Below are positions 12,030 through 22,902 of a stretch of 64,000 bases of DNA, piece by piece. Position 1 is the first letter of the stretch; every line of letters starts with the position of its first letter. Made by a program: the position numbers and the translations under genes. This DNA is from Heterodontus francisci (lineage: Eukaryota): the NCBI RefSeq assembly GCF_036365525.1, contig NC_090372.1:17013630-17077629 (forward strand). The letters run 5' to 3'. Below the pieces are notes generated by a model. That model was not told the origin of the DNA, ran no database searches, and saw only the letters and a list, made by a program, of their open reading frames with translations.

Positions 12030-14064
12030 TCAATCCAATATGTCTGCCAGATCTTTATTCTCCACCACACTGATGGATTCAACCAGATTTTCACCTACTG
12101 TTGACACATTAGAATCCACCACCTCAAGAAAACTCACAGGTTCATATTTCTCCGAGGGCACGATCGAAGTTAGAGGACTACTAACATTCTGCATTACTGG
12201 ACTCTCTTCGTCATGTCCTTTGTGTGTATCCTTAGCAGCCTCCATTGCGTTATCCACAGGATTCTCCTGGTTGTCCCTTTCAATTGTTTCCATTAGGGAT
12301 TTTTGCTGATCAGCGTGCTTAAGGATGTTTGAATGAACTTCTCCAGAGGTAGAGTGTAATTCTACCGTGTGTGCTTTCTCTCCAATCACACCCACTGTAG
12401 TAATGCATACAGCACCTTTCTCCAAAATTTTAAAGATGTTACCTACCTCAGATGATGTGCTGCTCTGGACACAAGTAATGCAGCCCAGCAAAGTCTGACA
12501 TTTCTTGCCAGGCTCATCAATGTCCTTTTTTCCAACATCTATATTTTCCTCTTCAGTCTTCTGAAACTGTGACGAGCCCTCTTGCTTAGAATCCTTTCCC
12601 TCAAAACATTCAGCCTCCCAGTCTTCATGTATCGATCTGTTCTCATTTTTAGCATGTTGAAGTACAGTCAATTTTTCTTCAAGGCCCCCTGATTTTGATT
12701 GCGATATATCATATTCTGCATCCCAATCTTCTCCAGATGCAATTCTTTTTCCAGCAAAGATTGACGTCTTCTCTTTATCTGCAGATTCAATCATTTTGGA
12801 CCTATAATTCTCTCCCAAATGTTCATATTCCTCATGATGTGCAGAGCCAGTTTGTTCTCTTCTTTGCTGCCAGCTGCCTTCTGCATTCCCTGACCGGCGC
12901 ATTTGTTTGGGAGCTGAAAATGAATCTTGACTAGAAGACCAGGAGTTTTCTTCTTCACTTCTTTTCCTACTTCTGAAGTCTGACCCAAATGATCTTTCTC
13001 TGCCAAAACCACTCCTTTTATAACGATCTCCTCCACCTCCCCTCCTATAATTGCCACTTGAATCATCATTAAACCTGCCTGTGGACCTACCAAAACTCCT
13101 GTCTTGCCATTCACAATCATCATTCTGCCTACTTTTCCAGTTCCCAGAGGTTCCTTGAAGTGAAGTACTTCTGTATTCATTTCTTGTGAAAGAACTCCTT
13201 GCCTGATTAAAACCATTATTGCGCCTTTCGGTGTAAGAAGCTTCATCAAAGGGTTGCATTGGTCTGTAAGTATCATCCCATTTCTTTGTACCTGTGGAGA
13301 GTGAAGAGTTCATTTGTTCCCATCTTCGGTCTGAACGAGGTGCCATTTCTCTATTAGCATTATGCTGATCAGTATAGCTATAATTCTGACTTTGCCCTGA
13401 GTTCACTGGACCAGGCTGATAACCTGTATGAATACTGGTTTGATTGGGATAAATTGCATTTGTGGAATTATGTTGCTGGGTCAGGCATATAGGTACTGAA
13501 TGACAGTCAGCTACATTAGGAGGTCCCCCATGACAGGGGCAGGAGGTCAGAGGGATATGGCTATAAGGACTGGTGCTCGTGTTTCTATATGCAGATATAC
13601 CACATTGGTTGGCAAAGCATGGCACCTGGGGCATTACATTATAAGGGCTCATAACAGCATGATTTAGCAAATAGGCAAGAGCATCCAAACGCATGGGTAC
13701 AGTGATAGAAGATAAACTCCCAGTTGTCTGAAGAGCTTTTCCTAATACTGAAGGCTGTAAATCCAATTGATTGGATCCTGCAGGGCTTTGGCTGACTGAT
13801 GCATGGTTTTTGACTCGATCAGAGCTCTGCACAGCCGTATGACTTGTGACAGAGGATATTGGTTTTCTGGTGGTAGAACTCAACTCCCTGCTCTTCTTTT
13901 GACGTTCTTCTTTCTTGCAAAGGTCCACCACAGCAATTTTGTGACTCAACGTTGATTTTGAGGAGACGGTTGTCCCAACGTATGCACTACTCGTAACTTC
14001 CCTAGATTTTGCACTCAATTCTGTCATCATTTCACCTTGTACATCTTGAATGGAAGCAGATGGA
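12030..14064 (-). CDS. Uncharacterised, largely disordered protein, large terminal exon 2
   Basis: 2035-nt non-repetitive open frame. Strong acceptor TTTTTTAATTTTCAG at 14066-14065; the frame is open 34 nt upstream of the ORF-track ATG and needs a phase-2 upstream exon. Stop at 12030-12032. Confidence 0.85.
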
Positions 14065-14587
14065 CTGAAAATTAAAAAAAAAATTAAGTTACCATTTCAA
14101 TATTACATTAGGCAATATTTGGAATTCATCAACCCTATTCAGAACAGAAACAGAATTTCATTACCTGAAGGAATATGGTAACATTTCTTACAACTTACAT
14201 GAAATATGGTTCATTTGTTGGAAATCAGTTGCACTATCCATACACTTAAAATTTTGTGTGAGCACGTAAAAAAAAACCAAAAAAAATTTCAGAGACAAAC
14301 CATACCATATTCTGGGTTACCTACTATTATTTTACTTCTGGATACTAGATTCAAAGCCAGCCAGACTGACGGCATAAAACTCTAATCACTCGAATAAGCA
14401 AAAACCTATATAAAATGAGTTTGGAGAATTTTTACCCAATTTAAAAGCAATGGCAGTCTGCAGAAAAAAATCCCAATGAAGTACAATTTGGGATAATATT
14501 CTTCAAAGGATGTCTGATGCAAGAAATGCTAAAAATCATATCAACGCAGCAGGAAATGTCCTTCCAAGATTGGAATTAAGACACAAG

Positions 14588-15306
14588 GGGCTGAATTTTA
14601 CCGGCCCCTCGACCCGCGACGTCGAAGAGGGCCACCGCACATTACCGGTGGCGGGGGGACTTCGGTGCGGACCTCCTGCTGCATGGTGGTGGGCCCTTCA
14701 TCAGAATTTGCAAATAAACATTTGCCACCCCACACCAACATTATGGCCACCGTTCATACTTCAAGCGCCTTCGGAATTCCGAGGCAGGAACCTGGTGGGG
14801 GAGGGGGGAGGAATAAAATTTCAGGGCGGGAGGGGTGGGGCAGTGGGAAAATCACTTTTTATTGGATGTGGGGATGGTGGGAAGGGGTTGAAGGGCAAAG
14901 GTTAGAAGGTTGGTGGGGGGGAGGTTCGGGTCAGGAAAAAGGCATGTGTTGGTCATTTCGGCCATTGAAATGACCATTGGGGAGGTTGGTGAACGGCCAT
15001 CCACATCTTCATTATTTTTTTATAAAAATTGAAGAATGCTGCCCCTTTAAAAATTAAAAGTAATTCTAAGGGCTTAAAGCCCTTTAAAAATGGCAGTGGC
15101 GCCTGCGCGATGGCGCCGGATGCGTTGCCGGGGACGCAGCGGACCGCCCCCTGCATGTCATCAGGGCCAGCCTCTCTGCACCCTCAATTTCAATGAGACC
15201 CCGTGTGTAATATTGTGGGGGCTCCTCAGCGGCACTTCCGTGTCAGAAGGCCGCCAAGTTAAAAGTGCGCCGCCGCGAAGCACGACGCACGATTAAAGTT
15301 CAGCCC
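14588..15306. mobile_element. PIF/Harbinger-type MITE
   Basis: TIRs GGGCTGAATTTTA / TTAAAGTTCAGCCC; 3-bp TSD AAG on both sides. Confidence 0.85.
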
Positions 15307-15533
15307 AAGGTTTGATGGGTTCATACCTTGCGCTTATTCGCTTACGACTCTTACAGCAGTGAGAAGCTGACGACCTGCGATTGTGCTCAGATAAAGCAGA
15401 GCCAGACAATCTCCTGCAATTGCTTCTCTTCAGACCTGCACACCATTACCGCTAAAGTCCCCCAAGAATGATCCACTGAACCTCCTATTTCTCATCAACA
15501 TGCTGCACCCCTGCAATGCCATCCAAAGACATG

Positions 15534-16197
15534 GGGCAGAATTTTGTTCTGTCCTTGGAGGCGGGCAAACAAAACGGCAGTCGGCACCGTTCCTGACGTT
15601 GCCCAGGCCCACTGCCATGTTGTCTGGGGCAGGGAAGGCTGAGGACGGCCTTCCCACCCCAGGCCAATTGAGGCCTGACCACTTATGGGCCTCTTCCAAC
15701 CTTCCGCCTTCACCTCAAGGTAAAGCTTGCAGCCTCCTAGCAGGGTCGCGGTGCGGGATCCCTCCTTCGGGGGCAATCCAAGGCCCCCAGAGGGCCGCCG
15801 AGCAGCGATTGTGCCATCCTGGGAAGATGCATCCCCACCCTCACCAACCCCCACCCCATCGCCGAGACCTGCCTGAATGGTCCCAGCGACTTTGACCCCA
15901 CTCACCTTTCCCAGGGTCCCGGACATCGTCAATGCTGCAGATCATCCTGCAGTACCGGCAGTCGCCAGTGCTCCCAGTGGCACTGCTGGTACGACAAAGC
16001 TGCCAGCCTTCCGAATGGCCATCAGCTCTGGAGGCAGGAGCTCATCCCTTAAAGGGACAGCATCCCCAACGGCGGGCAGTTAATTGCCTGCCCGCCTTCA
16101 AATGGCTTTGGGGCTCTGAATGAGGGCCGAGGCTGGGTCTCCCCCCAAACTTCTGGCCTGCCGCCCAGACCTCCGTTGCCATAGTAAAATGCAGCCC
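15534..16197. mobile_element. PIF/Harbinger-type MITE
   Basis: TIRs GGGCAGAATTTT / AAAATGCAGCCC; TSD ATG on both sides. Confidence 0.85.
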
Positions 16198-16525
16198 ATG
16201 ATGTCTCAGTCTTCTTGTTTGGCTCGCCCTCATGACACTGGCTGCTCCTTTCTCAGTGCTGCTTCCACTCAATGTTGCTGTTGCTGCTCCTGGCTCTGCA
16301 AACAATGGTGGTGTCCACCCCATTCCCCCCACCCCCTACCACATCTTACAACCCAATCTCCCGACTCCTAGCCCCCTTTGCTCCCCGAAACCTCTTCCCC
16401 AGTCTCCATCCCTTCCTGAGCCCACTTCTCTCCTAAGCCACATTCCCCAATCTCCATCCAAACCCTCCCCCAGATTTCAGAGGTTCCTTGAATGCTGAGA
16501 CACCTTCTGCAATTTCAGAGACTTC

Positions 16526-17366
16526 AGGCTGAATCTTCTGTGCCCACCGCCAATGTCGAAGGCAAGTTTATCAGTGCAAGGGGTGGAGGGGGAACAGTGT
16601 CAAAATAACATCATTGGCGTAGGGGATGGTGGGATGGGTTTGAGGTTAAAGTTTATGCAGTTTTGGGGGTGGGTGGGGGGAAAGTCACATAGGGGCAAAT
16701 TTTACAGACGCAGGGGTCATGGTGGGGGAGGCCAGAAAATGCCTCTAGGAGAGGCCCGGTAAGGACCTGAAAGCTGGGAAGGCCCAGCCCGATACTGCTG
16801 GTGGAGGCAAGGCCTTGTGGTGGCAACCCCCATTCGGTGATGGGAGTCGAATTTAAATATGTAAATATATGGGCGGGGGGGGGAAGTTAAGTTTTCAGAG
16901 AGGGAGGGGTAGCGGAGTGAAACATTTTTCATTGATCTAGGGGGTGGTGGGAAGGGGTCATAGTTTATAAACTTTGGGGAGGGTGGAAGGTCAGGATCAC
17001 AAGGTAAGTTTTTTTTGGAGGGGGAGAGGGAAAGTAATAAATTGCTTAGTCAATGGAGGGGTGGGAGAGGGGCTTGAAAGTTTTATTGCATTTTTTACTT
17101 TAAATTTATTACATATGTATCTTTAAAAATTTAGATGAAGTGAAAGGGCTTACACGCCCTTTAAACATGGCGCCAGCACCTGCACAGTGGCACCAGACGC
17201 TGTTGCTGGGGACGGAGCACCCGCCCGCTCCACATCATCAGGGACGGGCAGTCCTCCCTGGCCGTGTAATTGAGCCACCATGTATTATATCGTGGTGGCT
17301 CCTCGGAGTAAAGCCCGCACATCTGGGCAGCCATCTTAGAAGTGCACCACCGATAAAACGCTGCCC
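16526..17366. mobile_element. Degenerate PIF/Harbinger-type MITE
   Basis: Termini AGGCTGAATCTT / TAAAACGCTGCCC; internal similarity to 14588-15306 (CCCTTTAAA.ATGGCGCC); TSD not matched. Confidence 0.6.
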
Positions 17367-18471
17367 ATTGAGTTCATATAATTTTTTGGTTAAGCAGTTC
17401 TGAGCACGCCATTATATGAATATCAGACATGGAAATGGTATGGCAAAGATTCAGGAGACTAACACTGGAAATGAGAGACTAAAATTATGAAAAAGCTCCA
17501 GAACTGGAACAGAGAAAGCTGCGAACTTTTCAATCTTATGAAATGCTTTGAGGAGTAAACATGAAAAGAGTGTTTCCATTGGTTCAACACTTTAAAAAAA
17601 ACGTGAAAACAAAAATCCTTTTTCCCCTACACGGATCGTTGGGAACTGTTAATCACAAGTTGCTTTTCGGTCAGACTATAATATCATTTAAAATGGAATT
17701 GAGACAGTAAATACAAAAGTATTGAAAAGTAATACAAAAGAGTGGGAAAGGGCAGAGAAATGAGATTAGAGTAGATAGTTCTAATTGAAGAGATAGCACA
17801 ATCACAACGGTTCAACATGCTGTAATTTCCATGAACCCATGACAGTTCCATTTCCTTGGTGTAGGCTTCATCCAGGCTGGTTTGTTTGCAATAGAAAATA
17901 ACAAAGTCCTTTAAGATGCTTGCAAAAACCTATTGGAACTTTTATTTCGGGAGGACAGGACACAACACAATTTATCCAATTGTTTTCCCTGTGCACAACT
18001 GGTCTGTGCATCTGCGTTTTTTTTTCCATCCACAACTTATACTAAAAATCCAAATAGAAGAGAACTTAATTATTTTATGCCAGACTAATACTTCCCTCAT
18101 CCTTTCCTTTTTACCACTGCTTCAAGGATCCAACAGCTTAGCCTTCTTGCTATGATGCCCCACTTCTTGTTAAAGCACCTCTCTTCTCTCCACTCCCACC
18201 CCAACCAATTCCCAAACCCACCTAACTGTCCTTACAACAGATAATAGGCAAACAATTCCCCAGTTCACTTTATGTTTGAAGACTGAGCCAAAACATGGGG
18301 AAGGTGTGTCACGGGTTTACAGCTTCAGGCCATATTTCAGTACTGAATCACTTTTTTTCTTCCTCTTTCAGCCTCTTCTTGAAAAGCACAAGAACATTGA
18401 ACAAAAATGTCTTGTTTTCAATAACAAAAAATCTTTTGCACGTTTGTCAATGTTAACATTCTAGGTAAATC

Positions 18472-18581
18472 TGAAAAAAAAACACAGCAGTGCTGTGTAT
18501 CTATCCCATTGAAAAAAACACAGCAGTGCTGTGTATCTATCCCATTGAAAAAAACACAGCAGTGCTGTGTATCTATTCCAT
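18472..18581. repeat. Three ~36-bp tandem repeats, each with an internal palindrome
   Basis: Unit TGAAAAAAACACAGCAGTGCTGTGTATCTATCCCAT; ACACAGCA-G-TGCTGTGT is an 8-bp inverted repeat. Confidence 0.95.
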
Positions 18582-18903
18582 CCAACTTCTGCTTTGGGTA
18601 CAGTGCTACTCACTCTCACTGTATCTAAACACGAATGATTAAGTTCTTAACCTTCGTCACTTTTTCTGAAAATGCCATAAGCTTAAAATCAGCCAAGGGT
18701 TTTCCCAACAAACAATCCCGAGGGTGATTCAAGGGCAGACCTCTCCCCACATTATCAGCACCTCATCCACCCACTCCCCAACATGAGACACAACTTTTAA
18801 CTTAAAGATGCTTTTAGGGCCGAAGATTCGAAATTCCTCTCCTCTCCCCATTTTGCCGAATTTACTAGGGTCTAATCATTTTTCTTTTTCCAATAATTCT
18901 TAC

Positions 18904-18944
18904 CCCTCTTTAAAGTTTACAATCTCTCCTTCTTCTACTTCCAT
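18904..18944 (-). CDS. Uncharacterised protein, coding exon 1 (MEVEEGEIVNFKEG)
   Basis: Strong Kozak context gagaagATGG, in-frame TAA 30 nt upstream, donor GG|GTAAGA at 18903. Its 41 nt give phase 2, which fits the 14064 acceptor (GG+T = Gly) for a 691-aa product. Confidence 0.72.
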
Positions 18945-19085
18945 CTTCTCCCGCTTTTGGCTCTGCTTATCTTACTCACTTCACCACCTCACCTCCGTTT
19001 TGCCTTCCTCCACCCTCTCCTCAAAACTTGATGAGAAATACCGGGAGGTGTGGCACACGTCGTCGGGACAGAGGCAAAATCAGGT

Positions 19086-19124
19086 GAGAAAGAAGTCCCG
19101 CAGTATACTGTCCACACTTATATA
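19086..19124 (-). promoter_or_regulatory. TATA box and pyrimidine-rich initiator of the uncharacterised gene
   Basis: TATATAAG at 19124-19117, with CTTCTTTCTC starting 29 nt downstream (19095-19086) and a small CpG cluster at 19040-19100. Confidence 0.5.
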
Positions 19125-20041
19125 ATCAGCTACATCTCTTACAAATATTCAAACTTTTAAGAGGTCACAATTTCAGTGTTGACTCCAATTTGTTTGTGCC
19201 GACAAAGCTTACCTGTGCTGGAAAACAAATTAAATTGATATTGCTACAACATTTACTGCTTCTGTGTTGATCCGGTTCCACAATTTAGCCCCTCCACCAA
19301 ATAACTCTTACACCATTAGTTTCATAAGTCAATTTGTCCTCTCAGTCGACTGGATCTCAGACTTCCACAATATCTCACCTTCCTTCCATTACATCAACCT
19401 CGCCTCAAACCCTTTCTGATACCCAAGGGAATACTTTGACATCCATTCTGAAATTCCTGAATCTGTGCCCTGTTGTCTTGGTGCCCTGGTAGAGGTACAG
19501 ATTTACATCTATATCCCATTTCAGCATCTTGAATGCATGGATAAAGAGCCCACTCCAAGATGAGTCTTCTCAGCTCATGCACCATTAGTCTTTGAAGCAT
19601 TGGGATTTAACTTTTCAATTCCATTAGAATCCAAATGACAAGCGCTGGCACTAATAACATTCGTGTTTGATGTTGAATGGCATAGTGTTAGTATTTCTTT
19701 TTCATTCAACTCCTCAATTTAGCATGTTGACTGTCAACAGAATTAATAAAAGCTCAAAAATATTTTCGATGTGAAAACCAGTACAGCAAACTGCTGCCAA
19801 TGGGAGGGGGAAACTATGTGCACAGACCTGAATGCCTCATAGTTGGAAAGTGTGGAAGTCTATCTGATCAAGATGGCAACACGGGTTACAGCATTCTTTC
19901 GCATCAATGAGCTTGTATCTCCTGTAAGATGATTCACATATAGAGCTTGAACAAATGGGGAGCCAATACTTTCAATGAATTCTCAGTTTGACCCACTCAA
20001 TTGCCAAGAATACACATGAAAGGCATACTTCAGAAAATCAG

Positions 20042-20047
20042 TTTATT
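20042..20047 (-). terminator. Poly(A) signal for the distal MARVELD3-like isoform
   Basis: AATAAA ~1.3 kb after the stop, at the end of an AT-rich UTR-like tract. Confidence 0.45.
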
Positions 20048-21148
20048 TAAAAATACAATTTTCAAGACAGCCTTAAGAAAAGCAGATTTTATTTTAAGCC
20101 TCAAGTAAATAAAGATCATATGCAAAGCCAAATGTTTCACTGTACACCTGGGATATTAGGCTCCCACCTCATATACAACCAGAGCTTTTCACAAACATTT
20201 TGCATTTATCTCAATTTGTGAACTTGCTCTATCAAACAACACTAGGGTTCTTCCTTCTAGTAGCAAGCACATGCCTTACAGTAAATTCACTAAAGTAACG
20301 GATTAACATTATTTTTGCATAATATTTAAACTCTTGCAACATGACATGCTTCATCATTGCATGCATATTTTTGAATCTATTAAGTTAGGAACACACTGAA
20401 GATTGAGAGGACAATAAGAGTAAAACCTGAGCTGTTTAATACAAACTCAAATCCACGATGTGTTAATATACATGAATCTTGTACAGAATGAACACTGGAC
20501 TGCTTACAATTCCATTGCCATCAGACAATAATGGCCAGCAAATGTTCACAACTGAATCACATGACTGATAAACAACATTCAGACCTGATTTTACACATTT
20601 GCGTAGAGGAATATCAAAATTTCTACAGCATGTAATATTTTCAATATGTAGCAAAATTTAGTATCTTCCAATTCATTTCCTTAGATATTAAACACGTGGT
20701 TACAGTCAAGTGATGAAAATGTAACTCTTAAAAAAATATGTTTTATGATTATAAACCTTCACCAGAGCTGTACAATTTAATTCTTAAAAACACATTTTTT
20801 CAGCATGTTATTAGAACAAATTTACATGATTTTTGTTTCCCCTTGCTAGCATACAGTTCCAATGGTCCTCGTTACCTTCCAGTATTTCAGCCAAGGTCAT
20901 TATGCACATCTGAGTTTTGACTTGTGCCAGCGGTCTGCTGAACCCAGGGATTATGATAACCAAGTATGGTTGTGTTCTCGCTTAACATCCATACATGCAC
21001 ACTTCCTGCAGACGGTACTGGATAGCTATCAGAAGTGGTAACCCGAACTGATTTTCCTCTTTCCTAAATGTAGGAATGGTGGACAACTTTAGTGCCCTTT
21101 CATTGCCCCAGCTGAAATCAGCTAATTTAGGACAAATCAGTAAAAATC

Positions 21149-21252
21149 AGAGCAAAATACTGCAGATGCTGGAAATCTGACATAAAAACAAGAAATGCTG
21201 GAAATACTCAGCAGGTCAGGTCATATCTGTGGAGGCATTTCTTGTTTTTATT
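21149..21252. mobile_element. Short Penelope-associated inverted-repeat element
   Basis: AGCAAAATACTGCAGATGCTGGAAATCTGA...AGCATTTCTTGTTTTTATT family. Other copies at 3117-3180, 25534-25650, 36290-36502, 52232-52340, 58099-58195 and 58397-58530. Confidence 0.65.
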
Positions 21253-21363
21253 TAGGACAAATCAGTGATTGGACATGGGCCCTTCCTGGTCTACATGGCT
21301 CAACTACTCATTAGCTAAACTTTGAGACACTGGGGAAACAAAATATATCTTAAGTTAGCTATT

Positions 21364-22055
21364 TTACACAAGGGTGGTCAGCTGTCGGTCAGTCTTATCC
21401 TCCTGATGATTTGTACGCTTTGTATATTCGTCTTCCTCAAAGTCATGTTGGACTGCATTGCTCTCATAAATATCTTTGGCAATTTTCTTCAGAGTTCTCA
21501 GTGTCAGGACACTCAAAACTGCACTTGCACAATACAAGCAAGCAGAAATTAAGCCAAACAAAGCTACAGCTGCATCTCCTCCCTGAACATCACAATTCAT
21601 AAAGGTGTAACCATGGCGGGCATATAAACGGTTTCTTAATCTACAGACTTCTGTGCTATTTACTGAAATTATAAGATGCAGGTAAAGTCCAACGCCCACT
21701 ATATACCCTACACAAGCAAGAATATTAAACACAAATTCAGCCATTATAAGTTTTGAGGAAAGACGGTGAAGAGGTTTACTACCACCCACCAAAAAGAGAA
21801 GAGTGAGAGAACCTATGGCAATGCTAAAAGTTACCCCTGTGTATACTCCAGGGCTTCTCATTTGGCTGTATTGCATATCAAGATCCCGCACCTGCTGCAG
21901 CTCAGTGCCTTGGAAAGGGCTATATGCCGAATCAATGCTAAAAGCTCCTGCCCCAAGTCCTCCCATAGACGTGTACCCAGATATTGCTGCTTGGGAAGCA
22001 GCTACGCAGATCAGGACCATGAGATTGGTTATAATCTCACTAAACTGCAAGATAC
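21364..22055 (-). CDS. MARVELD3-like: MARVELD3-like, distal alternative terminal exon (MARVEL domain; isoform ~358 aa)
   Basis: Four hydrophobic segments. YSPFQGTELQQVRDLDMQY, NSTEVCRLRNRLYARHG and NCDVQGGDAAVALF resemble the MARVELD3 isoform with YSPFEGTELEQVRQLDQQY / NSTDTCKTRERLYARKG. Acceptor TGTTCACAG at 22057-22056, phase 1. Confidence 0.9.
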
Positions 22056-22902
22056 CTGTGAACAAAACACAAACATTTTAAAACCTTGCAATCACATAAG
22101 AACTTTGCATTTTGTAAAGGTTAAACACTTGCCTCACATTTCACTGGTCATATGTGATATGATGAATCAGTGGCTCTTCATAATTAAATTATAGCATAAT
22201 TTGGAGTTTGTAGCCAGGATGAGAGCTAGCGTTAAGATTTGTGCCCGTTGTGGGCTACAACACATGCGGTCAGGGCCTGAATCCTGTCCCCACTGGAGAA
22301 GGGAAACTTTCATTCCAAATGCCCCAGCTGGATCACATTACCACCCCACTGGGACAAGAATTTGTTTTTATTCATTCGGGGGATGTGGGCGTCACTGGCT
22401 ATGCCAGCATTTATTGCCCATCGCTAATTGGCCTTGAGAAGGTGATGGTGAGCCACCTTCTTGAACTTGGGGATTAGCTTATGCCTGCATGGCCTGGTAA
22501 AGAAAAGTTTCTTTTAAAGGGTTTATTCAGCAATAACTATTATAGTCATTATTTAAATGTTGAATATAGTAAGGCTGCTTCACATGTCTGGAAGGTCATA
22601 AAATATAACAGGATAAATAGTCTTCTTGACCTGGCAGTGCATTTTGCTGACACTGATTACTAGTCGCCCTCAATTCTTGTCCTCGATGAGCACAAGAAAT
22701 ATGAATGAAAGGACACGAACAACAAAAAGCAAAACACAAAACGAGATCCAAATGCAGAAGTACAAAATAGTTAGTTTTTTAACAATATTATTTTAAAACT
22801 AATTTTGTTGTAATTTACTTAAAATGAGGGGGTTGGGGGGGAACAGAGAGAGTGAAGTGATTAATAGTTTTGCTTCTTCTCTGTCCTGACTGATTTTTTT
22901 TT

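Noticed and set aside
14510-17403. Numerous overlapping 60-145 aa ORFs
   Set aside because: By-products of GC-rich MITE sequence; no domain similarity.
18472-18581. CRISPR-like 36-bp palindromic repeats
   Set aside because: Units are directly adjacent with no unique spacers, there are no cas genes, and the DNA is vertebrate.
19205-19235. Recursive-splice-like or 5-nt microexon site (TTTTCCAG-CACAG|GTAAGC, minus strand)
   Set aside because: It lies between genes, and a 5-nt exon would not keep frame between the MARVELD3-like exon 2 and the 14064 exon; unsupported without reads.
19394-19600. 68-aa ORF upstream of the uncharacterised gene
   Set aside because: No recognisable homology or convincing splice sites.
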